The translations under genes were made by a program, and so were the position numbers. A stretch of DNA of 63,516 nucleotides, counting the filler, from Pirum gemmata (taxonomy: Eukaryota), in assembly GCA_002812295.1 (NCBI GenBank). It is 19 parts of 19 records of this genome, joined end to end, with 100 filler letters (N's around TTAATTAATTAA, not from the genome) between each part and the next. Parts side by side here need not be neighbours in the genome. Positions count along the whole stretch, not along the records: positions 9,801 to 12,984 come from PDIN01003319.1; positions 13,085 to 17,544 come from PDIN01003320.1; positions 17,645 to 20,819 come from PDIN01003321.1; positions 20,920 to 24,046 come from PDIN01003322.1; 15 more parts are not named here. One strand, written 5' to 3'. This document shows positions 12,076 through 24,046 of the stretch, piece by piece. The number at the start of each line of letters is the position of its first letter. The first letter of the stretch is position 1. The notes beneath the pieces are model-generated. The model saw nothing but the letters and a program-made list of their open reading frames with translations. It had not been told where the DNA came from and did no database searches.

Positions 12076-12616
12076 ATCATGATAAAAACTACATGTGACA
12101 TTCACACGAAAACATCTTAATAAAATAAAATAGACTAAATAAAAATAAAAAAAAAAAAGTCTTAAAAGTATCAAATTAATATTATAAATACACGTTGGAA
12201 GAAAAAAATTTAATTGGGTAGGTTTTAATATTTAAAAAAATAAAATAAAAGCTTGCAATTATTGTTTTTGTAATACCAAATAAAAGAGAGGAAAAAAGAT
12301 CATCAAAAGTAGACTATGATAGTCAAACAAATACCCTTTGAGAAAAAAAAAATACCGGGATAAATCCCTGTGCTTTTTAAAAACATAAAATTGAAAAATG
12401 GTACACTCCGGCGGAATAAATAAAATATATATTTATTCTTATTCGCTTAAATAAACTATTAAATTTTAGCGTAATTTCGGGTTGTTTGCTAAACATTTAT
12501 TAAATACCTGCAGGTACAAATACCGGAGAAAATGTAATTAATTGGTGCCGGAAATTTTGAGAAAGCAATGAGGTAGGTGGATATATTTTAAAATTCGATT
12601 TTATTTTCGAGCTTAG

Positions 12617-12856
12617 ATGACGTCATAATAATATATTTTATTTTATTTTTTTGCTAACTCTAGACAACTTCGAAATTTTCGAAAACTTTCGATCTAATTT
12701 AAGTATTAACTCACTTTGGATTTCATTTAAAAATAATAGAAATTTTATAGAAAAAACTTGAAACTCGAAATTTTTTTTTTCAAAATTATCACATCAAGCT
12801 ATTTGATTCGATTTTGTTTCATTCTCTCTATGACATTTATATTATTATGACGTCAT
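12617..12856 (-). mobile_element. Relative of family G (internal homology, 18-bp inverted ends)
   Basis: ATGACGTCATAATAATAT ... ATATTATTATGACGTCAT; 12660-12735 is reverse-complement similar to 16910-16985. Confidence 0.55.
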
Positions 12857-13084
12857 ATATACTAATCCCTCTTTTAGAATTCGAAAATATTTAATAATTT
12901 CGAGCAAAACGGGGGTTTTTTTTAGGGGATGGCTAGGTAGACTAGCTAGGCAGACTAGCTAGACTATGTGGCTATTTTATTTTTNNNNNNNNNNNNNNNN
13001 NNNNNNNNNNNNNNNNNNNNNNNNNNNNTTAATTAATTAANNNNNNNNNNNNNNNNNNNNNNNNNNNNNNNNNNNNNNNNNNNN

Positions 13085-15590
13085 GTACATCCATGTTACA
13101 AATAAAAATAAGATTACATACAGAGTTTAATAATTATTAAATATCCATAATAATAATAAATTGCACCTTTTTTCACTTTAAACTAATTATAATATGATAT
13201 TTTAAATACCCAGATTAGTTTTTTGAATGCTATAATATTTTCTCCCAAACTTGTGTGTTTGATTTTTTCAATTAATTAATTTCAGTACATCGGTGTACAA
13301 ATAAAAATAAGATTGCACACAGTTTGATAATTCTTAAATATCCAAAATAATAATAAATTGCACCTTTTTTCACTTTAAAACTAATTATAATATGATGTTT
13401 TAAATATCCAGATTAGTTTTTTGAATGCTACAGCATTTTCTCCCAAACTTCTGTGTTTGATTTTTTTAATTAATTAATTCGAGTAATTTCATGATACAAA
13501 TAAAAATAGATTACACAGAGTTTAATAATTCTTAAATATCCAAAATAATAATAAATTGCACCTTTTTCACTTTAAAATAATTATAATATGATGTTTTAAA
13601 TATCCAGATTAGTTTTTTGAATGCTACAGCATTTTCTCCCAAACTTCTGTGTTTGATTTTTTTAATTAATTAATTCGAGTAATTTCATGATACAAATAAA
13701 AATAGATTACACAGAGTTTAATAATTCTTAAATATCCAAAATAATAATAAATTGCACCTTTTTCACTTTAAAATAATTATAATATGATGTTTTAAATATC
13801 CAGATTAGTTTTTTGAATGCTACAGCATTTTCTCCCAAACTTCTGTGTTTGATTTTTTTAATTAATTAATTCGAGTAAATTCATGATACAAATAAAAATA
13901 AATTACACACAGAGTTTAATAATTCTTAAATATCCAAAATAATAATAAATTGCACCTTTTTCACTTTAAAATAATTATAATATGTTGTTTTAAATATCCA
14001 GATTAGTTTTTTGAATGCTACAGCATTTTCTCCCAAACTTCTGTGTTTGATTTTTTAAATTAATTAATTCGAGTACATTCATGATACAAATAAAAATAAG
14101 ATTACACACAGTTTAATAATTCTTAAATATCCAAAATAATAATAAATTGCACCTTTTTTCACTTTAAACTAATTATAATATGATATTAAAAATATCCAGA
14201 TTAGTTTTTTGCATTGATAACTACTACTACTACTACTACTACTATTATTATTATATATCCAATAATAATGATAAATTCTACCCTTTTGCACTTTAAAATA
14301 ATTATAATGATATTTTAAATATCCAGATAAGTTTTTTCAATGAATAACTACTACTACTACTACTACTACTACTATTACACTATTACTGCTAGGGAACATT
14401 CATAAAGGACGTCACTTATTCTTTAATAGAAGTCATTGCTCGAAAGTGTGACTTAAATTGTTTTAGGCAGTAATTAATCATTAAAATGAACTTTAAAATT
14501 ATGACCAAAAGTGTTTTAGACAAAGAGGCATAGGTAAGATTAGGTGACGTCATTTATGGATGATTCCTTACTGATAGTATATTGTTCTTATTACTAACTG
14601 ATACGTAAAAATTTGGTAACTCCAGCCACAAATATAGAGTTTAATAATTGTTAAATATCCAAAATAATAGTAAATTGTACCTGTTTAAATATTCAGATTA
14701 GTTTTTTGAATGAATAACTACTACTACTATTACTACTATTACTACTAATACTATTATTATACTATTATAATACTATTACTGTTACTGTTAGTATATTGTT
14801 CTCAGCCACAAATATAGAGTTTAATCATTCTTATATATCCAAAATAATAATAAATTGTACCTTTTTTCACTTTAAACTAATTATCATATAATATTTTAAA
14901 ATATCCAGATTACTTTTTTGAATGAATAACTACTACTACTACTACTACTAGTATTACTATTATTATTATACTATTACTATTATATCTTTCTCAGCCACAA
15001 ATATAGAGTTTAATAATTCTTAAATATCCAAAATAATAATAAATTATACCTTTTTTCACTTTAAACTAATTGTAATATGATATTTTAATTATCCAAATTA
15101 CCAATTAATAGGTAGAACTTTGGTAACTCCAGCCACAAATGAATTAAAAGCAGTGGAATTCTCATTTTTTCCACAATTTTACTACTACTACTACTACTAC
15201 TACGATTATTATACTATTACTGAATCCATAATAATAATAAATTGTACCTTTTTACACTTTAAACTAATTATAATATGATATTCTAATTATCCAGATTGTA
15301 GAACTTTGGTAACTCCAGCCACAAATGAATTAAAAGCAGTGAAATTATCTATTTTTTCCACAATTTTATTATTATTACTACTACCACTACTACTACTATT
15401 ATTATTATGCTATTCTATAGGTTAATAATTCTTAAATATCCAAAATAATAATAAATGGTACCTTTTTGCACTTTAAACTAATTATAATATGATATTTTAA
15501 TTATCCAGATTACTAATTAATAGGTAGAACTTTGGTAACTCCAGCCACAAATGAGTTAAAAGCAGTGGAACTATCCATTTTTTCCACAAT
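13085..15590. repeat. ~197-bp tandem satellite grading into gene-end-derived units
   Basis: AAATAAAAATA anchor near 13101, 13299, 13498, 13694, 13890, 14088; later units include coding sequence of the adjacent gene. Confidence 0.9.
14391..14568. mobile_element. MITE family B (Harbinger-like TIR) inside the satellite
   Basis: Imperfect ~25-bp TIR AGGGAACATTCATAAAGGACGTCAC / GTGACGTCATTTATGGATGATTCCT. Confidence 0.7.
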
Positions 15591-15683
15591 TTTATTACGA
15601 GCATATTCTTTAGATTGATCATCAGTTTCACGTTTATGTAATAGATACAGAAATTTCCAAGGTTGAGGAATTTCATACTATAT

Positions 15684-15724
<41 letters not shown>

Positions 15725-15845
15725 TTACTGAAAGTTTAGCCCAAACTGTTCTCCTTAATTTATCAACTTTTAATTGAAACTCACGTTTGTATTGCGGTGT
15801 TTTATTATTTTCAGTATACTTCTTTTTAGAAACAGGCAATTCGTC
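15513..15845 (-). CDS. Last two exons (15845-15729, 15677-15513) of an unknown protein
   Basis: GT-AG 51-nt intron, phase 0; DELPVSKKKY...RRTVWAKLS|YEIPQPWKFLYLLHKRETDDQSKEYARNKIVEKMDSSTAFNSFVAGVTKVLPIN*. Confidence 0.75.
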
Positions 15846-15872
15846 CTTTAAAAAATAAAATAAAAATAAAAT

Positions 15873-16290
15873 AGGGTTAAGGTTAAGGTTAAGGTTAAGG
15901 TTAAGGTTAGGGTTAAGGTTAGGGGTAGCGGTAGTGGTAGTGGTAGTGGTTATGGTTATAGTTATGGTTATGGTTATGGTTATNNNNNNNNNNNNNNNNN
16001 NNNNNNNNNNNNNNNNNNNNNNNNNNNNNNNNNNNNNNNNNNNNNNNNNNNNNNNNNNNNNNNNNNNNNNNNNNNNNNNNNNNNNNNNGGGTTAGGGTTA
16101 GGGTTAGGGTTAGGGTTAGGGTTAGGGTTAGGGTTAGGGTTAGGGTTAGGGTTAGGGTTAGGGTTAGGGTTAGGGTTAGGGTAAGGTTAGGGCTAGGGGT
16201 AGGGGCAGGGGTAAGGGTAAGGTTAGGGCTAGGGGTAGGGGTAGGGTAGGGGTAGGGGTTAGGGTTAGGGTTAGGGTTAGGGTTAGAGTT
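15873..16290 (+). repeat. (TTAAGG)/(TTATGG)/(TTAGGG)n tract spanning an internal N gap
   Basis: Direct reading. Confidence 0.9.
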
Positions 16291-16374
16291 AGTAATAGTA
16301 ATCTCAACGGTTAATTTGGGAGAAATTATCAAAATATTTTACTGATTTTTGTTTTATTTACATTATTTTAAAAG

Positions 16375-17275
16375 ACTGAATTGAAAACTATTGATCCTAG
16401 CTCCAAAGAATGGGAACAAGTTCATAAGCATGCATTGGAATTACAGGTTATTGTTGTTATAATATGCTTTTGCTGTTTTTTGAGTTTGTTTTTGAGTTTG
16501 TTTTCGGAGTTTGTTTTTGAGTTTTGTTTTTGTTTTGAGTTTGTTTTGAGTTTGTTTTGAGTTTGTTTTGAGTTTGTTTTGAGTTTGTTTTGAGTTTGTT
16601 TTTGAGTTTTGAGTTTGTTTTTGAATTTCGAGTTTATTATTATTATTATTTTTTTTTTTGTCTATAAACAAGAGATCTAAAGTAAGAGGCTAATACTTAT
16701 GACGTCACCATAGTAAAAACTTTTCAAATGATACGAATGGTAGAGGTGAGGGTTAGCGAGATATTTAATAGTGATATTTATTATGATTACATCATACACA
16801 TTACCCCGTGATACGGAAAAACATAATTGAATCGAACAGCTCGATCCTAATTTTTAAATAGTGACAATTTTGAAATGATATTCTTTTTTTTTTAAGAATT
16901 TTTAAGAATTTTTTAATGAAATCAAAAGGAGAGTCAATACTTAAAATTAGATCGAAAATTTTGAAAGTTTTGAACTAGTCTCGATTCGATGGTTTTTCCC
17001 ACATCTTTGGACCTGTTAGATAAATTAGTCTAACAACAAAAAAAAAATGAAGACAAAAATAAAAACATTTTTTATCATGGTGGCGTCATACGCATTAGCC
17101 TCTTACTTTAGACCTCTTGCTATAAAGTTTTTTTTGCGCTTTGTTATATATGTATATGCTGTTTATGTAATTATATTACTTCACATTTTTTTTTTTCTAG
17201 TCATGGGAATGGATTTACGGCCGTACTCCTAAATTTACACGAGCTTTACAGAAGACATTTTGGTGGGGCAAAATA
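16375..17275 (+). CDS. lplA: Lipoate-protein ligase A / lipoyltransferase (LplA/LIPT1-like), two internal exons (16375-16446, 17201-17275)
   Basis: Spliced TELKTIDPSSKEWEQVHKHALELQ|SWEWIYGRTPKFTRALQKTFWWGKI carries the family signature (S/T)WEW-x-(Y/F)G-x-(T/A)P-x-F; GT-AG, phase 0. Confidence 0.8.
16669..17119. mobile_element. Non-autonomous P/Galileo-like element (family G), 451 bp, in the lplA intron
   Basis: ~50-bp imperfect TIR CAAGAG(A/G)TCTAAAGTAAGAGGCTAAT...; CA..TG termini; perfect 7-bp TSD CTATAAA (16662-16668, 17120-17126). Confidence 0.85.
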
Positions 17276-17890
17276 GTAAGTATTGATATTGTTATTGATA
17301 TTGATATTGTTATTGATATTGATATTGTTATTGTTATTGTTATTGTTATTGTTATTGTTATTGTTATTGTTATTGTTATTGTTATTGCTATTGCTATTGT
17401 TATTGTTCTTTTATTATTCGTTGCTGTTATCATTTTTATTATTCGTAGTGATGGTGGTGGTGGTAGACTTGTTATTGTTTATTTTTAGTTATTGTTGTTT
17501 TTATTGTTTTGTTATTTTTATTTTCATTGTTGATTTTTGTTGTTNNNNNNNNNNNNNNNNNNNNNNNNNNNNNNNNNNNNNNNNNNNNTTAATTAATTAA
17601 NNNNNNNNNNNNNNNNNNNNNNNNNNNNNNNNNNNNNNNNNNNNTTAGTATTATTAGAGTATTATTAATATTAGTATTGTTAGTATTATTAGTATTATTA
17701 GTATTATTAGTATTATTAGTATTATTAGTATTATTATTAGTATTATCAGTAATACATATTATTAGTATTATTAGTATTATTAGTATTATTAGTATTATTA
17801 GTATTAGTATTATTAGCATTATTAGCATTATTGGCATTATTATTTTATTATAATAATAGTATGTAAAAAAAAAACAATAAAATACACAAC

Positions 17891-18167
17891 ATGATGGTAC
17901 ATCAGCGTAGGCACACCGGTTATTCCATAGAATCTTTAATGGATTGTAGAAAAGATTACTATTCAGAAGAAAATAATACAAATGACAACTATAATTATAG
18001 TTATTACAATCAACAACAACATCAACAACAACAGGAACAACAACCGATACCGCGATATCATCAGCAATATCAACATCAGCGTCAACAATATCAGGAACAA
18101 CGACAGGGAAATCAACGACAACAACATGCACTGTATGAAGAACAACGACAGCAATATGTACTTTACG

Positions 18168-18226
<59 letters not shown>

Positions 18227-19219
18227 GAACAACAGCATACTTTACAACAACAGTATCAACAATCACCATCACCAGACCCACCAGCACCAGCACCAGCACC
18301 TACACCAGCACCAGCACCACAACAACACCAACAACAATCGCAACAACAACAGCATACTTTACAACAACAAAAACAACAACAAGAGCAATTAGAAGATTTA
18401 CAAAGTGATCTAGAACAATACTCTCACCCTTCTTACTACAATCAACGAGAACAGCAATATGGACAGGGACCTTACTTTCATGAAACTATAGAACAGAAAC
18501 CGCAAGTTTACGGTTATGAAAGCCGAAATCCACAACGTCATAATTCTATAACATCAGAGTATAACTTCTGTCACGAAATGTATGAAAGTGAAAAATTAGC
18601 AAGGTCATCTTCTTATTCATATAGTACCAGGTATCCGTTATACTCACCACCACAAGTAGAACGCGAACATCATGATCATTACCACCAAACACAGCAACTG
18701 CAAGAGAAGTATGATTGGAGTTCAAGAACTTCTTCTCCACCGTTATACCAAAAACAACCACAACCACAACCACGACTATCACCGCAATTACCACCACCAC
18801 CACCACCACCACCACTGCTACCACCACCACCACCATCACCACAGCAGCAACAACAACATAGGTATCAACATTATCAACCATACAAGCAACATCAACCACC
18901 ACACGTAATTAAAAAGGAACAATTTGTTCAGGATCATAAACAAAACCAAGACCAATCGGAAGAAATAGAATCAAAAATATTAGAATCATCATCCCCGGTT
19001 CGAAAAACTCCTTCCAATTCCTCTAACCCTGGACGTAAGTTTTTATGTGAATTTGGGGAATGTACCCGTAGTTATTCCACTGCCCACTCTAGACGTCAAC
19101 ATTATCGTCGTCATCACAAAGAGGAATTAGAATTAAGAAAATCTGAGCAACAAAATCGCGATAACACTAAAATTGATTTTATAAATGATAATTATAATAT
19201 ATATACAAAGCAACAATAA
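17891..19219 (+). CDS. Gln/Pro-rich protein with one C-terminal C2H2 zinc finger (probable transcription factor)
   Basis: 442-aa ORF; FLCEFGECTRSYSTAHSRRQHYRRHH = C-x4-C-x12-H-x3/4-H; polyQ and polyP tracts. Confidence 0.88.
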
Positions 19220-19756
19220 CAAAATAAAAATTAAAAATCATATATCATATGTATTTATAAATTAAAATTTAAAGATTTTTGGTGTTTTAATTAATTAATT
19301 ATTTTAAAAAATGGCGACACCCGCCATAATATTATTATGAGCTCAAAAACTTGTAGATGCGGTAGCTATATCATACAAATCTACACAACTTGTTACAGAA
19401 TATTACAGAGCTCCCCGATGAGACTTTTATGCTATTAAATATACTATGATACTAGTTTTATACTGATACTAGCTACTAGGTAGACCAGACCGTAGACTAT
19501 CAGATAGTCTTGCGCTTGGTCTGTGGGCTCAGCCGCTCAGGTCTGCGGGCTTGGCTTGGTAGGGTGTTTTTTAACCATATATGGTCAAAACAACTTTGCC
19601 TACGTCAAAGTTGCTAAATAAGTAATAATGACGTTTCAATGACACAAAATTGAATTTCATCCAATGAAAATTACTTGGAACAACTCATCAAGAAAAAAAA
19701 AAGTTTTTTTTTTGAACTCCAACTCTTGGTTTTTTTAGTGTTTTTTTTCATGTTTA

Positions 19757-19910
19757 TTCAAATAATACGTCACGTCAAGGGGTAGGTGGCCTAGGGTAGG
19801 TGGTATTTGACGGAAATTAACGTCGAGGGGTAGGTAGGAGGGGGTATTTAAAGAGACTATTTGAAGCTGTATTTGACTGGAAATTGGCGCTACGTATTAT
19901 TTGAACGCTC
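19757..19910 (+). mobile_element. MITE family A copy
   Basis: TTCAAATAATACGT...ACGTATTATTTGAACGCTC inverted ends and family core. Confidence 0.85.
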
Positions 19911-20144
19911 ATTACTATGATACCTGGTAGCTACTAGCTAGCTAGCTAGCTAGCTAGACTATATAAAAGTCTTTTAGCTAGCTAGTCATACTGCTATCAT
20001 AGAGCTACTAGCTAGCTAGCTAGCTAGTAGTCTAGAGAGAGAAGTAGCAGCAGACTCTCAGCAGCTAGCTAGCTAGTAGTAGTAGCTGGAGGTTAGCCTG
20101 AAAGTAGCTAGGTCTATAATAAAAGTGTAGAAAAAGTGTAGAAA

Positions 20145-20352
20145 ACCATTTTTTTTTTTAAGACTTCCTTTCTGGGGGTCTAAATAGCTAAATTATTTTT
20201 AAAAACTAGCAATTGGTTCATAATAATAGGAGTTTGCTTAGTTAGACGATTTCTCAAATATTGGTAGTACTTTCATTCACATTGGATCATTTTGGGATTT
20301 TTTGGATTTTTGAGCTCATAAGGCGGATGTCCCCATTTTTATCCGGCTTGGT
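20145..20352 (-). mobile_element. MITE family E copy
   Basis: Ends TTTTATCCGGCTTGGT; reverse match to 41128-41335. Confidence 0.75.
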
Positions 20353-20407
20353 AATAGAAAAATACTGATAATTTTTTTCTATATATGCCATATGATATTA
20401 TAGATAT

Positions 20408-20625
20408 TATCGTGTTTTTCAATAGTGTTGGGCAGTTCAAAAACTGAAATAAGCTTACCAAATTATAATTAATTGGTCATGTTTTAATTAATTTGATATT
20501 TTATATAGTAATTTTATATTTATAAAAAGTTCAATTATACAATTGAACGGTACCAAATTAAAGATAGAAAGGGCAACTGTAATGAAATAGACGATATCAC
20601 GATACGTAAAATTATCAATAAAAAT
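20408..20625 (+). mobile_element. Dispersed repeat family H copy
   Basis: Reverse match to 4550-4750; ATCGTG...CACGAT ends. Confidence 0.6.
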
Positions 20626-21040
20626 GCCTAGACTAATAGACTGGGGGTGGGGGGGTCTACGTATTACTCTAGATTAGATCCGGTCGCAACTGGAAGGACA
20701 CCCAAATGAGCTGACCAGGTTCGAAACACGTATGTCATATAAATAAAAAAATGAAAAAATAAATATTTTTCATGTTTATTTTATTTCATAATTTTATTTA
20801 TTTATTTATTTATTTATTANNNNNNNNNNNNNNNNNNNNNNNNNNNNNNNNNNNNNNNNNNNNTTAATTAATTAANNNNNNNNNNNNNNNNNNNNNNNNN
20901 NNNNNNNNNNNNNNNNNNNTAATAATAATAATAATAATAATAATTATAATACTGACTGCCAGTACAGACTACACAAAGCTAGCTAGTGCTAGACAATCAA
21001 TAGCTACTCGTCGATGAGTCTCTCAGATGACTACTACTAA

Positions 21041-21173
21041 GGGAGCGCTCAAATACTACGTAACGCCAATTTCCGGCCAAATACAGCTTCAAATACCCCT
21101 ACCCACCTACCACTCGACGTTAATTTCCAGTCAAATACCACCTACCTACCTACCCCTTGACGTGACGTATTAT
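21041..21173 (-). mobile_element. MITE family A copy
   Basis: TAA|GGGAGCGCTCAAATACTACG start, family core reversed. Confidence 0.85.
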
Positions 21174-21246
21174 CCATAAGTCTACGAAATATTTCAGGCC
21201 AAATTCAAATTATATTCAATCGCTAATTCAGAAGAAGACCAGAGTA

Positions 21247-21714
21247 AGGAATCATCCATAACAACAAGGACGAGTAGGGGTGAGATGACGTCATTTTATT
21301 ATTACCGAACAGCTACCGGAACTTTTCCGATTTTATGGTTTTTATTACTATTAATGTTAATTTTATTACTTTAATTGGTATATACTATAATTAGATTTAC
21401 TATTTTAAGCTATTTAACTGCCATTATTAGTNAACTGCCATTATTAGTAAGAAACACGGAACTAAGGTTGGCTCGATAAGCATCTGTTCGAAAAAAGTTC
21501 CAGTAGATATCTCACCCCTACTAACTCAAGGACGTCACCTAAGGGAATGTTCAAATTCTACCTATTTTTAACGCCAACTTCCGGTCAAATACAGCTTCAA
21601 ATACCCCCCTACCTACCTACCCCTCGACGTTAATTTCCGGTCAAATACCACCTACCTACCTACTCCTTGGCGTGACGTGTTATTAAATCTTACCTGTTAC
21701 TAATGAATGTTCCT
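21247..21714 (-). mobile_element. Family B shell containing nested family C (21273-21522) and family A (21543-21683)
   Basis: AGGAATCATCCATAA...[C]...GGACGTCACCTAA[A]...AATCTTACCT...ATGAATGTTCCT reconstitutes the reverse complement of the ends of 14391-14568. Confidence 0.75.
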
Positions 21715-22185
21715 TATAAATATTAATGTAAGGATAATTTTTTTTCTTTTTTTTATGTAGACTCTAGACCCTCTATCAGAAAGTCAAGTAACGTAATGTA
21801 ACGTACTACTGAAATTTTAAAGTTAATATTGTATTTCATAAATAAGTTCAATTATACACTTAAACAGATCCAAATTAAAAATTAATTGAGAGGACAATTA
21901 ATTGTAATGAACTAGACGATATTTCGAGTTTTAATTAAATATTATTATATATGACATATTATATTTACTAAAAAAAATTATAAATTTTAAAAAACAATAC
22001 TAAAAAAATTGTAACTCTGTTTGGCAAGCTCTTTTGGTAGTGTCTGCAGCTCTAGACTAGTTTGGTCGAGGGGTTGTCAACTTGTCACTGTCACACTGTA
22101 CAACTCGTACCGTGTCAGTTACCGAAAAAACCCACGCACGTCATAGACTAAAAAAGACTTGATTTTTTTATGAATCAGGGTATAG

Positions 22186-22364
22186 TGCGTTTCATTTATT
22201 TTGTCACTCTGAATATTTATTTGGTTGGTTATAATATTTAAGTTAACATTTTTAAATGAATAAATAGATAGTAAAGTATACCAAATTAAATAAAACGGAC
22301 TTATATAGTATTAATTTGGTACTATTTATTGTATATTTTATGATGACAAAACAACTGAAAAGCA
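22186..22364 (+). mobile_element. MITE family D copy (~175 bp)
   Basis: Imperfect 22-bp TIR GTGCTTTTCATTTATTTTGTCA / TGACAAAACAACTGAAAAGCAC; further copies at 22672-22833, 22921-23101, 23440-23602, 37389-37569, 57664-57827. Confidence 0.85.
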
Positions 22365-22462
22365 CGATTATAATATTGAGCATAATAATAATTAGTATTA
22401 TTATTATATATAATAATGAGTCTATAAAATTTAATAATATGATGTAAAAATCTACTTTATTA

Positions 22463-22598
22463 GGAAGCGCATTCAAATACTACGTAGCACCAAATACAGC
22501 TTCAAATACCTCTACCTACCTACCCCTCGACGTTAATTTCCGGTCAAATACCACCTACCTACCTACCCCTTGACGTGACGTATTATTTGAAGGCTCCC
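22463..22598 (-). mobile_element. MITE family A copy
   Basis: GGAAGCGCATTCAAATA...TATTTGAAGGCTCCC. Confidence 0.85.
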
Positions 22599-22671
22599 TT
22601 TTAAAATATCGTAGAAAAAGAAGAGCAGTAGACAGGCAGTAGAACTACTACTAATATCAGTTGTCTATCGA

Positions 22672-23101
22672 TTGCTTTTCATTTATTTTGTCACCCCTTC
22701 ATATTTGTTTGGTAGGTTATAACCTTTAAATTGATATTTCTAAATGAATAAATAGATAATAAAATATGGCAAATTGGATTTGTATTGTATTAATTTGGTA
22801 CTCTTTATTGTATGACAAAACAATTGAAAAGTACTATACGTAGTCTACTAAATTGTACGTATACGTGGGCAGAGACAGCATCTAATCTACAGTACTAACC
22901 TAGCTAGTGGTCTAGCTATTGTGCTTTTCATTTATTTTGTCACTCCGAATATTTATTTGATTGTTTATAATATTTTAATTGATACTTTTAAATAAACAAA
23001 TATATAATAAATTATACTAAACTAAATGAAATAGATTTATATTGAATTAATTTGGTACTAATTATTGTATATTCTATGACGACAAAATAACTGAAAAGCA
23101 C
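22672..23101 (+). mobile_element. Two MITE family D copies (22672-22833, 22921-23101)
   Basis: TIRs and internal sequence as 22186-22364. Confidence 0.8.
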
Positions 23102-23166
23102 GATATATATAGAGTATTTATGATAGTTATTATTCATATAATACCCTACTGCACCTAATGACTTTA

Positions 23167-23291
23167 GAGCGTTCAAATAACACGTCACGTCAAGGGGTAG
23201 GTAGGTAGGTGGTATTTGACAGGAAATTAACGTCGAGGGGTAGGTAGGGGTATTTGAAGCTGTACTTGAGCGGAAGTTGGCGAACGCTCCC
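23167..23291 (+). mobile_element. MITE family A copy
   Basis: GAGCGTTCAAATAA...GAACGCTCCC|TAA. Confidence 0.85.
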
Positions 23292-24008
23292 TAATATGTC
23301 GTATCAGACTCGTGCCGGCGAGTCGACAGTGAAAAGTCTTGGTGAAAAGTCCGAAAAAACAGTGAAAAAACTCTAGCTAGCTTGCGAAGAAATACCAGCC
23401 ACAATAGTAGTATAAGTCTAATCTATATGATCATATTATTGTGCTCTCTGAATATTTATTTGGTGGTTTATAAATTTTAAAAAAGACATTTTTAAATGAA
23501 TAACTAGATAATAAAATATACCAAATTAAATGAAATGGATTTATATTGTATTAATTTGGTACTCTTTATCATATATTTTATGATGACAAAACAACTGAAA
23601 ACCAATGAAAATTTGAGGGATGACACCTACATAGTCTAAACACCCTATATATAACAGCTATATAATATTATAAGAGTCCTATAAGTAAATGACCCTTTAA
23701 ATTAGCGCTAATCCCGCAACCCGCAGCAATTTACGGCTTCCAGAATAAGAAAACTGTAAACCATACATGGTAAAATAATTTGCTTTTTTTGGAACAGTCT
23801 TAGTATAGTAACTTAAGCAACTTTAAATAGTTTATTTTTACTATAAATAGTAAGCCGCAGCCACAGCGGAAAATGAAATACTACTTAGGTACTACTACTA
23901 CTAGCTAGGTATCATATCACAGTCGATATGGAAAAGTGTGATAGTATGATAGCTAGCTAGATATAGTAGCTATACTGTAGTCGTTGCACCAAAACGTTCC
24001 ACTGCATT

Positions 24009-24046
<38 letters not shown>

